Shown here: positions 1 to 14,244 of the stretch, in pieces
Layout: each line of letters begins with the position of its first letter
Position numbering within the stretch: position 1 is the stretch's first letter
Source: Phoronis australis
Lineage: Eukaryota > Animalia > Phoronida
NCBI GenBank assembly: GCA_002633005.1
Contig: NMRA01000393.1
Coordinates: forward strand, 118,706 to 182,705
Direction: 5' to 3'
DNA length: 64,000 nucleotides
Notes under the pieces: model-generated
What the model saw: the letters and a program-made list of their open reading frames with translations, nothing else
What the model was told of the DNA's origin: nothing
Database searches by the model: none
Made by a program: the position numbers and the translations under genes

Positions 1-3000
1 GCCTTGAATGTTATTTCAGCTTTGCAAAATCCAGCTTGAGCTAGGGTTAGGGTTAGGATATACTCAGCATGCAACAACTTCGTTTTATGCATAATCAATT
101 TCACACTTTATAGAAAAAATAGCTTACGAATCAGTCGACGTTTTTAGATATATAAACATGTAAATCAAAACCCTTACTAGAATTAACCTTTATATAGGTC
201 ATGACATGATGGCAGCACAATATGAAAAGTAGAGGCACACGAATTCTGAGATAATAGACGCTTTTTAAGGTACTAGACTCTTTTAAATCCGTAATTCACA
301 GCATGAAAACTGGAGTGCATACACATGCAGGTACCTACCGGGAGAGCACGGGAGTCTGCTCCTTAAGACATTTTCAGAATTTGTTCATTTGAACGTGTAT
401 GTTGGATCATTCCAGTTGTAGACTGCCACCGTTATGAGTTAAATTTGCACTCTAAAATTCACAAAAATATTTTTTACGGTTGACAGTACATGAACACATA
501 ATACCCTCATCCGTTATACACCTATAATGTTTTCAGTCATCTTCCTGACAGTATGATCAACACAGCGAGTTTTGTACGAACAACCTCTTGTTCATTAACA
601 ATACTTTCCTAATGGTGATCTTCAAAGCACATACTATTCTTGGAACTCTGTGGGGAAAAGTAATGAAGTAATTTATTTTTTATAAAACAATCGAGAATAT
701 TACTTTTGTGTAATTCACAAATAGTCGTTGGTTCAAGTTCTTCCATTTATTTCAATTCTGGTCAGTGCATTTGGGAGATGATTCGGGCCGCGAACGTCAC
801 TTCTCGTGTGAATAATATAGTTGACAGGTAATGGGGAAAACCTAAATTTTTTTCTCCTGAATAACTTTGCTGTGGGAAACCTGTGCATAACAAGTTTTCT
901 CAGACATTTTAAGTATGTATGAACACCCTGACGAGCACGTTAGTCACGTGAGCGCAGATGGGACACATTGCCAGGCTGCCAAAGTGTTCAATAAAACATT
1001 TCCCTTCTTTTTGTCGACTGCTCCTGCTCCCTCTGCAGACGCGTATTTCACTCAGGAAGCGCTAGCCCCCAACTTCACCTGTGGGGGTGGCGCTCACCCC
1101 TCCCCCCACTTCCTACGCCTAAGGCATAGTTTCGTATGAATCCGATCAACCATTTCCGAAATAAGATTTTCCGATGTTGGCGTTCCCGCGCCGTAATCGG
1201 GATAGGGGTGACATTTGCCCATGTTTAGGTCAAACCTCCACCACATTAAAATGTTGCAGAACACCGCCGCTTTGAATGTCCTAAGCCCACTTCATCTCTA
1301 TCAAAGTCGCCGTAACACATAATGCATGGACAACGCAACATCGGCCGCTCGTATTCACTTCGTTAGCCTTTATCACAAATGAGTACTTTCAGTTGAAAAA
1401 AGCATGGCATTATCTTGTGGTCTTGGGCATGTCTGAAAAGCAATGACACGTGACCATTGTTACTTTTGATAACCAGACTTCATTGCAGCTGCTCCTCTTA
1501 CTCCTGAATTTGTTTAATCTTTGACGAATTATTTTTAGAGCGTATTCTCAAAATGTGGACGATTTCCACAAAATGTTGTTTGGCAGTTTTCGGTTAGCCG
1601 ACTCGCAGTTCAGTTGGGTAGAGTTCAGTTGGGTAGAGGTCAGTAACACTTTGACCTCGTTGAAAACCAAAACTTCTCGAGATTACGCTAAAGATTGCTG
1701 TGCATTTTCAGTGAAACCTCGTGATTTTGGCTAGATTTTCTCGCCGCGAAAAATCAGCTGAACTCTATCCTGGTCTCGACACCTTGTGACTGAGGTCGCT
1801 CGAAATCGAAATTGGTAATCCTGTGTTCCTCTAGTTCCAGAGCGCCGTTAAGCGCACGTGCACACTTTTAATTCACGCGGCGGACATGAGAATTCAAAGC
1901 GATTCTCACTGCGATAAGACAAAACGGAAGATGACATTGCCCGAGTTGAATGGCTGGTCTGTCGAGTCCAACCTGGATATTAAATCTTAAAAATGTGTCA
2001 ATAATTAACCACAGAGACGTTGATGATAAAAAATGCTTTCTACACGAATCATGTCATCTGCTCGTATTTTTGTCGAGTTGAGAATATATTTGACAGTGGT
2101 GGCTCATCGCACTTTGCTGTCACATCTGGTTTAATTTGTTGATCAATAATATTAACATCAAGCATAGCCTAGGTCCTGGTAGTGAAGTAGGAACTACCGG
2201 GATTAACAGTTGATTTGGCGTTGATCTGCAAGAATAATTGATGTTGTTAAATATATTTTTATTAAAATAAAAATCCAGGCTGGTAATTGAAACTAAAAAT
2301 TATTTGACCATCGATTCTACTTTGTCTGTTGTAATAATTCTTACATTTATTTCATGTGTTAGGTTTCAAACATCTATCTGGACCTAGTTGAATATTATAA
2401 TTAAAACACCTAGTTCGTTCGTCCAAAGCATAACCTGAAAAAAATAACCCATCTCGTTTTAGAGCTCAATTTCAGTTAACTGGACAGGGCAAGTATAGTT
2501 ATCGTGTTTCTTCAGGGGCCTCGTTTATCCCAGGGGAAAGGTACCTGTGCCTTCGATCTGAGTGAGGGGCCGGGGGATTCTACCTCCCGATCACCATCAA
2601 TAGCACCTCCGCCCTGTTGTAAGCTCTCATGGGCTCTGTCTCCGTCAAGTAGCATTTTTTGCTCTTTCAAATTGTCACCTGTGTGGTTAGAGGTGATTTG
2701 AACTTCGAAGGGAAGTTTTCAATCACTTTAGGTCGGGGAATTTTTAGGCCTCGTGGGGGGAAATTTGCGTGATTTTTGCAATTTGAGAAGGATTATGGCC
2801 GATATTCGGCCTCAAAGTCGAGGGATCGAGGGCCCTTTTGTTTTTGGAAAGAAATGCATCACATTTCAACCTGTAGTCACGAAAACACAACCTGGCTGGC
2901 CGAACATTCCTCGGTCGTTGCTACGATGCTCGGCATTCCAGATGCGACAAAATGTGATCAAACTTTCGAAAAAAATTATCAGTTTTACTCCGAAATATGG

Positions 3001-3830
3001 CAACGACCCAACACTCTCGAATGTCAACGTCTTTTAGAATTGGAAAAAGACAATTGAATGTCCGTATTTTTTCCACTAACGCCGTTCGAGGAACCCGATA
3101 CTCAACTATGCCGATTGGCCAGTAAACGGAGCAACCGGAGCACCGTTTTGGAGCGCGCTTCTTGTCTGTGTGAATTGGGCACATAGACGTAAGTCCTCAA
3201 GTACTCTCACAACCAAGTGTCTATAGTACAGATGTTTGGCTGACAAACACGATGAATTTTATGATCATTAAACTATGGACGTATCATCTGACACCCTCCG
3301 GCTTGTGTTCTTATTAAATAGTTAGTCATTTTAAATTTGTCTGCATTGCAACTCGCGTCCTTCGGAGTTTAAAAAGCTGACACATGACTTAGAACTCGCA
3401 GACCTATAGAGAATTTGATACACTGAAAATCCAATGACTTTTATTGAAAAAGAACATTAATGAGGAACGACAGGCTGCTACATTGAATTTCTAGCGCTTT
3501 TGATTTTGATGTCCATCGTTTTTGCGTAGTTAACTGCCTCGTGTACAATCGAGATCAAACGACAATTTGATATATTGCGACACCTGCACGCTATGACCAG
3601 CAGTTGTGGTAAATAACGTCCAGTTTGTATAAAATACGAGTTGCGTACAATTTGAGACCAATTTGATAAAGGGAAGAGGTCTCTGTGGCGGAATATAGGT
3701 TTATAGCCTCTTATAATATTGGTGTCCATGGGTACATTCATGAAAGTACGAAAACTTCACAGTTTTATCATGAATACTGCAAAGGAACTATTGTCTAATT
3801 GAAAACATGTTTTCAAACGATTTATTCTAG

Positions 3831-3980
3831 ATGTGTTTTGCCAATCGGACTTCAGAGGTGTGGTGTGTCCGTCGTACTGGTTTCGCTGTGGAAATTCAAC
3901 GCAATGTGTGCATCAAAAGCATTGGTGTGACGATACTGCGAACTGTGAAAATGGTGAAGACGAAGAGTATCTAATGTGTC
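3831..3980 (+). CDS. RXFP-like: RXFP-like LGR exon: LDLa module
   Basis: ctag|AT...C|gtaag, phase 1-1. Encodes VFCQSDFRGVVCPSYWFRCGNSTQCVHQKHWCDDTANCENGEDEEYLMC, a six-Cys LDLa pattern with an acidic DE cluster. The leading VFC|Q resembles a signal-peptide cleavage site. Confidence 0.9.
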
Positions 3981-4918
3981 GTAAGTTACTAAAACACGAG
4001 TTGTGGTGAAAATTACGGATGGACAGATAGCTAATGAGTGCGCGTGTTGGGCAAGAATGTATTGTCCTATAAATAAGAGTAAGAACTCGTAAACGAGATT
4101 ACGCGTGCACTACTGGTGTTACTATATTACATGTATACGTTGTTGTGTATATTTCTGTGACGGGCCTGGATTTGGTACTTGGCGAAATAACATTTCTCCA
4201 AGTATGTTGCTTTGTCGTGAAGTTGTACGAAATAAGATTTTGCCAAGTACGTTGCTCTGACATCAAGTTTTTTGTTCGCACACTACAGGTCGCAATTTTC
4301 GTCTGATCCACACGAACATCACTCATAAGTTGTACCTTCGGAAGTTACAGAAGCCTAGTGTTTTTCGTTATGATCGGTTGCAAGACGGCGGACATAGCGG
4401 CTATTTTGTTTCCGATTTCAGATTCAAATACTCATAGAGGCCGCATTTTTTAACGTGCACGGCTGAGAATTAGCTCAAATATAGAAGCAGACAAGTACCA
4501 CTTATACACTGGAAATCATTAACTTCCAGTCAAATGTGGTGGAAATATAGGCCATTGCGCATGAACACCTCGATTTTGGGACAAAAACGCTTTGTCCTGT
4601 AGAGGGCGCAGTGTAGACCTATTTGTTTCGAAATTTTCCTTGTATTACTTTTTTGTAGTTAGCTGTGATCGAGTGTTGCTCAACCGGAAGTGGTTTTCAA
4701 AATGGCTGATCTGTAACATTTTCACGCAATTTTCAGTTGTGCAGGGGTGCCATTTTAAACGGGTAGAGGAAATCAAGTGAATTTTTGCATGTGGATTGTC
4801 TAAGTTATACTCTTTCAAATGAACTATAACAAATTTTTCTCAGACTTACCGTTTTCGAGATATTTGACAAATTCGAAAAATTTATGGAAATTGGTGAAAC
4901 TAACCTCGGCTGTTAGAT

Positions 4919-6196
4919 AGAATTTTTACGGGCTTTTAGAAGATGTTTTCTCTTTTTTACTACAAGGTTTCGTTTTTGAATTATCGGGGATTATCTGATG
5001 GCGCTGTTCCTTTGTTGATTGAATTTTGCTGCATTTTGTTGGTTTGCCTTCTTTTGAGCAAGACCATTTTTTTACTCGTTTCTGACAGCATGTATCTCGT
5101 CAGGCCTGTTGTTTTGTTTAAATCGGACGCATGATGGCACTGTCGCGATCATTTTTCAATTATGCATTGTGATTACGAGTGACCCAGATTTTCTGTGGCC
5201 TTTGTCAGTAATTATTCTGTGTCTTTTTGCATGATAGTTGTACAGTTTTCGCTCAAAATCGTCCTCGTTTTCCAATATGTGTTCCGCCATTGCATTTGAT
5301 TGTCAAGCGACCAACTTGAGGATAACTAATTTTTCTTCTAAATTGAAAAAATCGCGACTATTTGGCATAAAAAGAGCATGTTTAGTTAGATTTTATGGTA
5401 TTCATTTCATGTTAGGTAACTGAAACATCAAAAACTAAGAAAATGCGTAGTGGAAACTCTAAAATTTACTGAAATGTAAGATTTGTCTTAGTGAAGCCAG
5501 TTATCTTGGAACGGGTCACAGAGGTCATAGGTGGATTTAGGGGGGGGGCCCAGGGGGCCCGGCCCCCCCCCCTTGGCTGCCGCAAAAANAGAATTTTTAC
5601 GGGCTTTTAGAAGATGTTTTCTCTTTTTTACTACAAGGTTTCGTTTTTGAATTATCGGGGATTATCTGATGGCGCTGTTCCTTTGTTGATTGAATTTTGC
5701 TGCATTTTGTTGGTTTGCCTTCTTTTGAGCAAGACCATTTATTTACTCGTTTCTGACAGCATGTATCTCGTCAGGCCTGTTGTTTTGTTTAAATCGGACG
5801 CATGGTGGCACTGTCGCGATCATTTTTCAATTATGCATTGTGAATACGAGTGACCCAGATTTTCTGTGGCCTTTGTCAGTAATCATACTGTGTCTTTTTG
5901 CATAATAGTTGTACAGTTTTCGCTCAAAATCGTCCTCGTTTTCCGATATGTGTTCCGCCATTGCATTTGATTGTCAAGCAACCAACTTGAGGATAACTAA
6001 TTTTTCTTCTAAATTGAAAAAATCGCGACTATTTGGCATAAAAAGAGCATGTTTAGTTAGATTTTATGGTATTCATTTCGTGTTAGGTAACTGAAACATC
6101 AAAAATTAAGAAAATGCGTAGTGGAAACTCTAAAATTTACTGAAATGTAAGATTTGTCTTAGTGAAGCCAGTTATCTTGGAACGGGTCACAGAGGT
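4919..6196. repeat. Near-identical direct duplication (4919-5525 / 5590-6196) across a single N; probable uncollapsed haplotypes
   Basis: The copies differ by a few SNPs. The first runs into a transposon end and an N at 5589. Confidence 0.8.
5526..5588 (+). mobile_element. Left end of a hAT-like DNA transposon (CATAGGTGGATTTAGGGG...), truncated by a contig end
   Basis: Almost identical to the element end at 32479. Absent at the equivalent position (6196) in the other copy. Confidence 0.65.
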
Positions 6197-6339
6197 AAAA
6201 GGCATATGAACGCACGAGACATTGCGTGAATGCAATTGAAGAGGTATGCTTACTTTGGTTCTGCGCTTAAAACTCCAGCCCTTGAATGTCTACTTCCGCA
6301 CGTGACCTATTTATTCTATTATTAGAACTTGCGACCCCG

Positions 6340-6730
6340 AGACTACGCTCTTTCACGGTGCTGCCTTCGAAGCATTGTGAAATGTTGTTTATCATGGCTT
6401 CTCATTGGTTAAAGTAATGAAAATGTCGTCATAACATTCAGTCATTCCCATTGGTTGAAATCTGGAAAACCCCTTTCAGTTGACTGTTGCGTATTTTGGC
6501 GACCACATTTGACTTGAATAATTGCAATTTTATGAAAACAGGCAGTGATTGAAGTAAACAAAATCAAGAGAACCCCGATCCCGTGGCTAAGCCCAAACAC
6601 GTACAATGCACTGAAGGCGTGTGAAAGTGGTGACGATGTGATTAATAAACTTTCAACCAAGCATGCGCATTGTTGTTCATCATGTTCTACAGGGAAACTT
6701 TTCAGCATAGGTGGCGCTGTGTCAGAGGGT
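6340..6730 (+). repeat. Dispersed repeat, diverged copy at about 14715-15050
   Basis: Shared colinear blocks such as ataacattcagtcattc, ggaaacccctttcagt, accaagcatgcgcattg and cttttcagyataggtgg. Confidence 0.6.
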
Positions 6731-7914
6731 AACCGGATACCAGAAGCGAAAGTTTGCACTATGAATTTCCGGCGGTCTGCTCAACTGAGTTTTGATCGAG
6801 TGTTGTAGTTATAAAATCAAGCCTAATTTCATTGCTTAATTTTCATTTTGACATTTTTGTGTGTCGAGCGAGACACTTCAGATCGGTTCTAAACAACCAT
6901 TTCCCAGTAAAATAAGCCAACAAACCAGACAATTACATCTGGTTTTTCTGTATACGCACCAACCCGTGACCTGGCCGGATACCGGCAGCAGTCTGGCCTC
7001 TGATCTATGAATTTCCAGTCTTCGCATGACTTTCAAGTTTTTCAACAAGACATTATTGGTTTTTAAAATCCTTGACGTTATATTATTTTACGGAAAGAAG
7101 TGACTTTTGGTTTCTAAGTGTTTGTTCTGCAATTGTAAGTAAAAATGTCAGGCTCTTCTAACAGGTGTGTTTACGAAACTTTCGAAAAACTACTCGTATT
7201 TGCGTATTTAAGTGTATTTGTTTCTGTTTGCATAAATTACTTTTGCGTTTAATTGTTTCTATTTGTGCAATGTTTACTTGTTGCCCAAACACTTTTTTGT
7301 AAATTCAACTTCTGAGTAGTGAATATTATCTGCAGTATTTACCTATAATATTTAAAAAATGAAAAGTTAGCCTTGTAAAAAGTCCACTACAATACTTTGT
7401 GTTGCTGACACCGCACACTGTACCTGCCAACTGTCCTGCTCTTGGCGGACTATGCCACTTTTTGAATTTTTTCCGCCATCCCGCCACACCCTGAAAATGT
7501 CCCGCTTTTTGACACACGCAAGAACGACATATTATCATATATTACTGCAATTCCCACGCGATATAACACTGTTTTCCCGTTCGACTAAAAAGAAAAACTA
7601 GTCGTTCCATGGATTTTTTAGGCTAGTCGACATAAAAAAACAAAAAGACTCCATCGGGCGCTTTTGGGTGTAACATCTCCCGGACGTTTTGTGTGTTGCC
7701 GCGGCGAACATTTCACCCTTGAGTTTTGGCATAGACCCAGGTTCCCCCACTTTGTATCCGAAAGTTCCACTTTTCAATCCACATTTTTTCATTCTCGAAT
7801 GAAGAAATAAGTTTATTTGTAAACTATTATGGAAAGTCCTACACTGCAGCCTATGTATTGATCTATCCCAAGTACATTACAATCCTTCACATTAGATGTT
7901 TGCTCATTTTTACG

Positions 7915-8521
7915 CTAACTGCGAAGCGATACCGAAGCTAGATAACAGTGAAACAACCCATGAGGATGGGATAAAAGGTCATATATATTATGACAAACTA
8001 AACCACTACAGATATTGATAAGTACAAAAGATATATAATATGTTGAGCTGTAAAAGTGGTTGACAATCTGCCAAAGCGACACCGTGACATCGATAAGGGA
8101 AAATTGAGAGGAAATACATGATAAAATAGATTGAGGAAGGGAAGATTATAGAGAAATTGAATGAAAAACGTTGGGTTGAAGAGAAAATAGGGACGATGGC
8201 ACAGTGTTGCAAGAAGACAAAGAAATCCCATGGTACAAATAAGCCAATAGGGGGAGACCAAGAAAGGTCACTGACCAAAAAAAATCAAAACATTATGAAA
8301 ATGAGGACGAAACAGTATAACTTGTATATAATTTAATTCTTAAATAAAATTTATTTACACTAACTGCGTTGCGATACCGAAGCTAGTTTACAGTGAAACA
8401 ACACATGAGGATGAGATACACGATCTTACATGTATATATTATGACAAACTAAACTATTACATATATGGATAAATTCAAAAGTTATATAATATATTGAGCT
8501 GTAAAGGTGGGTGACAATCTG
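7915..8521 (+). repeat. Diverged direct repeat of about 160 bp (7915-8070 / 8360-8521)
   Basis: ctaactgcg..gcgataccgaagctag...acagtgaaacaac.catgaggatg...gacaatctg occurs twice. Confidence 0.7.
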
Positions 8522-9329
8522 TCACAGATGCTGCAGAAAGATGCATCAGCCCACCCTAGGGATAGCGAGCAAGATAAAAAGAAAAATATAGATTCCGTAA
8601 ATAGAGTAAAAGTATTGATGAATATAAGAAAAAAGCTTACATGGAGTGAGATAGCTGGTTACAATGACAATATAGAAATATATACAAGTTACAAAGAGAT
8701 GTCATTTTTGTCTATCACAAAGCCCTTATCTGCAATTTTCAGATATGTTGTTGAAGTAATTACACATGTCACTGCATCCTGAATTTTTAATGAACAACCA
8801 TTTCAAACGGCACTAAAGGTTTTACCTAATATATAAAGATGTACAATTTCGGATAAATTCCTGACTAAATTCTTCACAACAACTGTGAAGGATCAATATT
8901 CTAAAATCTTGGGCTTGATAGGGCAGTAATCTTTTGAATCATTGAAATTAATTCCCTGCTGATTCGATTCCAGTAGTCATTTTTAAAACCTCTTGTTCAT
9001 TTTCTATTTTAATTTGCTGTTAAACCCTGATACTTTTCACATTATGGTTTCAAGAAATACTTATTAAATCTGTCAGGTATGCGAAATGGTGCTTACTTTT
9101 GATTTTAATTATGTGTCGTTTGCTTCTGCTATAGTCACGCACCATCAAGAACTGACGAAGGGCTTTCTAATGATATGACTCTTATCCAATTCGACTGGAA
9201 AACAGTGGTGTTGCGAAAGGTTAAATTCCATAGAAATAACCAACACCGGAACAACGAATGCAAACAAATACCTGAGTGCTGGCTACTGCCCACCTAGCGG
9301 CACGCAGGGAACCAGCGAGCCTGAACAGT

Positions 9330-9788
9330 CAAGGTATCTAAACTACATGGTTAACGGACTCATTAACACGGTCACGGACGCATGAACACGACTCACGTAC
9401 CTGCAAACACCGTTCACTGACTCCCAAACAGGGGAACGGACTCGTAAAACACGATCAATTCACCCAAATACACGGGACACGGACTCACATTCACGAAGAA
9501 ACACGGTTAACGGACCGCCAAACACGGTTTACGGACAAAATGTAGATGTCAGCTGACCCAGGAAGCCGATGAGTCCGTGACCCGTGTTTATGGCATGCTT
9601 TATCGGAGTGAACCGTGTTTGGCGGTCCGTTAACCGTGTTTCTTCGTGAATGTGATTCCGTTTCCCTTTTTTGAGTGAATGGATCGTGTTTTGTGAGTCA
9701 GTGAACGGTGCTTGCAGGTACGTGAGCCGTGTTCATGCGTCCGTGACCGTGTTTATGAGTTCGTTAACAGTGTAGTTTAGATACCTTG
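9330..9788. mobile_element. MITE with long (about 200 bp) TIRs, CAAGG...CCTTG ends and 5-bp TSD ACAGT
   Basis: CAAGGTATCTAAACTAC at the left end, GTAGTTTAGATACCTTG at the right, ACAGT on both flanks, internal aacacgg subrepeats. Confidence 0.85.
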
Positions 9789-10912
9789 ACAGTTGGCATT
9801 CCAGGGCTAGAGTTCTACGGTTCTGCGTAATCAGGCTTGTATTGCCGAATATTTGTCAAATTCCCTGATTACAGGGTGGATGGACTCGATTTTTGTGTTT
9901 GGGTGCAGAAGTCAATTTGGTCTGTGTTTGGGTGCATAAGTTAATTTGGACATGTGTGTGAGGTTTTTATAGCATAGGACCCAGCGCACAACACGTCCGG
10001 GCCCTGCATTGTAGTCACAGGACCCAACTTCGTGCGACTACGTTTATGTATTTGGAAACCAGAGGGCTTCGTCAACCGTTAGAATATTCCAGAACAAAAT
10101 TCTCCGTATATAAATCAAATTATGCGTGCTTGTACGCAGCCGTGTAAGTTCCTGAAGAAGTGTTTTTCTGAGAAACACGTGTTTTACTGGTGTACTGTTT
10201 TGTGCCTGCTTGGGACGCTCTTAATGTATACGCGAGTAGGTAAGCAGCTGTTTACGATTACCCTCTGACATTTCTAACTCGTTTCGTTGAATGTATCAAA
10301 AGACCAGTAACATCATCGAGAGATTGAAATGCACTTGTGTAGCCAGTGACGAACTTATTTAGATTTAATTTAGTACTTCATCGGTGAATTAAAACTGCCA
10401 ATATTACATCAATTATTTGTAAAAAAAACATTCGATGTACTCTTAAATAACGAAAATACCATCAATCAAATTCTCCCTTTACGCAATTGCCAGGTATTTA
10501 AGTGTATTTAAGGGTATCTGGTGACCAACTCCGTTGTTTGATGGTAAATGAAAACCTAAGTCACGTTTTTCCTTCGGCCGCAGTCTACGAAAATACATGT
10601 AAGTGTGCGATATTTGCTAATCTATCGAAGTGCTAAAAAAATAAATGTCTTAAATTGCAGAGAGTATCCGAAAACGAGAGGCCTAAAATGGCCGATTAGG
10701 ATTTGTTATGCAGTTGAAGACGTCCCAAATAACTCGCACAGTTGGCGCATAAAGCGTTTAAAATATTGGGATTTGTCAGGCGTAGTTATGAAAAATTGAG
10801 TCATTACTTCATACAATATAATAATTTACAGACCTTACGATGAAACCACGGTAACCGGAAGTCGAGTAAAAGAAAAACACGGCGAAACTTGTAACTGAAA
10901 GAAACGGAACAT

Positions 10913-11040
10913 TTGTCAACTACCAGGTCTGCCAGACCCTGGCCAGTACACTTTTGTCTACTACCAGGTCTGCCAGACCCTGGCCAGTACACTTTTGTCT
11001 ACTACCAGATCTGCCGGTCCCTGGCTAGTAAACTTTTGTT
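10913..11040 (+). repeat. 41-bp tandem repeat, about 3 copies
   Basis: Unit ctaccaggtctgccagaccctggccagtacacttttgtcta, in register at 10921, 10962 and 11003. Confidence 0.9.
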
Positions 11041-11959
11041 TAAAGGTCCAATTTTTACTGAACAGATCGTCTCAACTCAGCTGAAAACAGTATTTTAATC
11101 ACACATGCTTCGAAAAGTTCTACAAAACTTTTATGTACAGATTTTCTAAAGATTGAAGTCTTTAAATTTAATATGGCAACTCGAAGGGATTCAAAGCTGT
11201 ATTTATCCATGCTACCCTGTCTGGCTAGGGATAATGGAATCACGTATCGTTCTCTTTTCCGCTTTTGTTGAAATTGTATTTCACTTGAAATCAATTGGAA
11301 AGATGGTGCAGAGTGATCCTAATGGTAACAACAGCTCTGGCTCGTTTTCTGTTTTTGAAATCATATGTCTTTTCATTTATCAGACCTGGGATGGAACCCG
11401 TTGATCTATAGCTGCCATTTATTTGTTTTTATTTGTACTCCTCTTCAGTTACGGAGGGGACTCCAACAATGAAATCAACAGTTTCTTCTTTCTTGTGGTT
11501 GTGAAATCATACAAACATGTTCTATTAAGGAAGTTTCATGTTCGAATGCCACCCGATGGCGGATTAAACTTTCATTCTTTTCCACTTTTTAAATAACAGG
11601 CTTTCGTATTATTGAGACCCCTTTCCCACAGGGTCCTATCTTGAAGGACAATCTGGTACTATCAACTTGTCACGAATTAAAGCAACGGTTACAAAATGTT
11701 CTTCTTCAAAGTTGCTATAACATCAATTTACGTTTTAAGTTACTCGATTATTTCCCGGATAGTCACAGTTGCCACTTAGCATACACCGATCCTATCGATA
11801 TCATATAGTAGGGAATCTAGATCATGCACGTACCCTGGACTAGGATGAACAAGTGTACGACTTGCAAATTGGCTTAACCGTAGCAGACCCCCTAACACAG
11901 CAGTACATTTGTGAAAAAGTGACCCTGCGAAATCGACCAGAATATGTGCGCGACGCGAG

Positions 11960-12290
11960 TTAACTTAGTTGCCAGGGCTCACACTCTGACGTCGCTGATA
12001 TCGTGTCAGCCCTTGGTACGACGGTTTTGGTTGGCTGTCAGCTGGCAATATTTTCCCCGGATATTAACGGACGTATGTTTCCAAAGTTCAAACATCCAGT
12101 AAACCGAACATTGAATCTCTGTGGTGAGTTTACTATTTGAATTGTGATATTATCAACAAACTGTGCTTCAAGGAATGTAATTATCTATTCCATCACGAAA
12201 GAGCATTGGACTTCCATGTTACACTTGACATTCTTTAGTTTCATTGTTTGAACATATTTTTATGATTTGGAAATGTCTCCTACAGTAGAA
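11960..12290 (+). repeat. Dispersed repeat / DNA transposon end, diverged copy at about 43790-44119
   Basis: Shared blocks cac.ctgacgtc, ttggctgtcagctg.caat, acatccagtaaaccga, tcaacaaactg, aatgtaattatc and attgtttgaac. Confidence 0.6.
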
Positions 12291-12341
12291 CATTTACTCT
12301 CTTTAGCAGTTTTAGATTTTAGTCAACTCAAATCCCTAAAA

Positions 12342-12487
12342 CATGGGCGGCGCAGCACTGGAAAAAATGGGGGGCTATAGCCCCCAGACCCCTATGGTGC
12401 GCCGCCCATGGACCATGGGTGACGCAGCACTGAAATAAATGGGGGGCTATAGCCCTCCCCCTAGCCCCCTATAGGGCGCCGCCCATG
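12342..12487. mobile_element. Two tandem tiny palindromic hAT-like MITEs (about 70 bp each)
   Basis: 12342-12410 and 12414-12487, each CATGGGyGrCGCA...GCGCCGCCCATG with an internal GGGGCTATAGCCC palindrome. Confidence 0.65.
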
Positions 12488-14244
12488 TAACGAAGTCACA
12501 CCTGAAACAGCCTTGTATGACCAGGGTTGAATTCAATAACGCTAGTATCTCGCTAGAAAAAAGCATGATCTCACGAGATTCTGCGAGATATCGCTATAGC
12601 TATTTCAGGGTTTTGGCTGCCGACGCACACCTACGTGGAGATGAGTCCTTACCTCACGTCCTTATCAAGAGTCTGAAAAACCAAACAGGTTTTGTAGCAT
12701 TCCTAACTCACAGGCACTACTCATGATAAGTGAAATTTAAATATGTTACAGTTTATTAATCGGTTAATTCCCATCGAAAATCCCGGCAAAAAACACAAAT
12801 TTGAGAGTTTTCTCCTCAACATTACCACTTCCCTGCAAGTGCTAGACAAAAAATCTGAGTACAGAATCAGAATGCACGTTCTCTGGAGATTCTAAAAATG
12901 TGGTCATGGCACGTCCTTTGCCAGATTCCCGCTTGGTAGTCACCTGAAATCGAACCCAGTATCTGATTGACAGGAGTTGAACTCAAACTGCATCCACCAT
13001 TTTGCATCAAAAGTGGGTCACGGATAGAAAACTTGGCTTTTCGCATTCAAGACGATTTCAAAAGCACAAGTAAATCAATTACCTTCAAATTATTTTCAAT
13101 GCATTCCTCAAAACAGCCGTCAAACCTGACACCCCGTACCCCTCTGCTTTAATTCTAGGCACTAGAAAATGTCCGTGGCTGTACCCTGTTTAGTGCTATG
13201 CAGGTTCGTCACCCAGCCTCAAGATGGCGGTTATCGGCTTAGACATTTGAGGCTTTGTCAGGAGATATCCCTTCTGCGCTTTGATTGGCTGTTGACGACT
13301 GACAAGAGCGACACAAGAAACCTTCAAACATTTGAATCTCTGAATACTTAAATACCAGTTGTGTCCATACTTTTTGATGAGATAAATTGGATTATTTTTA
13401 ACAGAAACTAAACAAGATACAAACGCAGATCCTGCTAACCGTATCTTCACAGTCGTAATTGTTGTTGCTGCCATTCGGAGGCAAAAGATACTGTTATCGT
13501 TTTTGTTTGAAATAAAAGGTGCTCGCGTACTTATTGTCCATTGTGTTCTATTGAAAGCACCATACGGATAATCCTGCTTTCGAATTACAATGCATCCATT
13601 AGATAAATTTTTGAAACTCAAAATGTGCATGAGACAGCTGTTATGTAAGATTACCCTCTACATGGGCTCCGGCAAGACATATCAATTATGTTAGCGGTAG
13701 CCCTTGTCAGGCCATTTGTTTTGGAACAGTGTCTGATTGCAGGAACTACTTTCCGCAGAGCAATACACGTTCCATGAAACTGGCAACTTCGAACTACTGT
13801 ATTCGTAGGCCAATTTTTGTGCTTCAAAAACGAAGGTTTCCAGTAATTAAGATGCACAAACTTTAAAACACGGAAAAGCAACTTAAGCTATCCGAAGCAA
13901 TGCTTCAGTAAAGCCAGGCAGCTGTGTGGTTTGTAACCTGAGTCAATAAACCCAACACGCTGAGCATGCTACCATCTAGACTAACAGTGGGGAACTGAGG
14001 AAAGTCGGTTTGTGCGCCGTGAGATCAAAGGAAACATCGCTGGCCATGGGCATCGGACAGGCTTTGCTTTTGCTTTTCCGAATTACGCCTAACCCATTTT
14101 TTCAATGAGCTCAACCTAAATTGATGCATTAATACCACTCATTTTGATTGTTGTATTATACTACAGCAAATTCCAGAAGTGATATAACTTAATATCACTC
14201 GTGATATAACAGCCATTTCCTTAAAAATATTCAGCATTCTGACT

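Noticed and set aside
43-57. AGGGTTAGGGTTAGG telomere-like repeat
   Set aside because: Only about two units; common in dispersed repeats and not an interstitial telomere array.
3091-3188. Candidate upstream (signal-peptide) exon of the RXFP-like gene ending C|gtaagt in phase 1
   Set aside because: No in-frame ATG after the upstream stop, and the peptide lacks a convincing hydrophobic core.
4943-6094. Paired hydrophobic ORFs (4943/5614 and 5238/5909)
   Set aside because: They arise from the duplicated block of repeat DNA; no domain motif or splice support.
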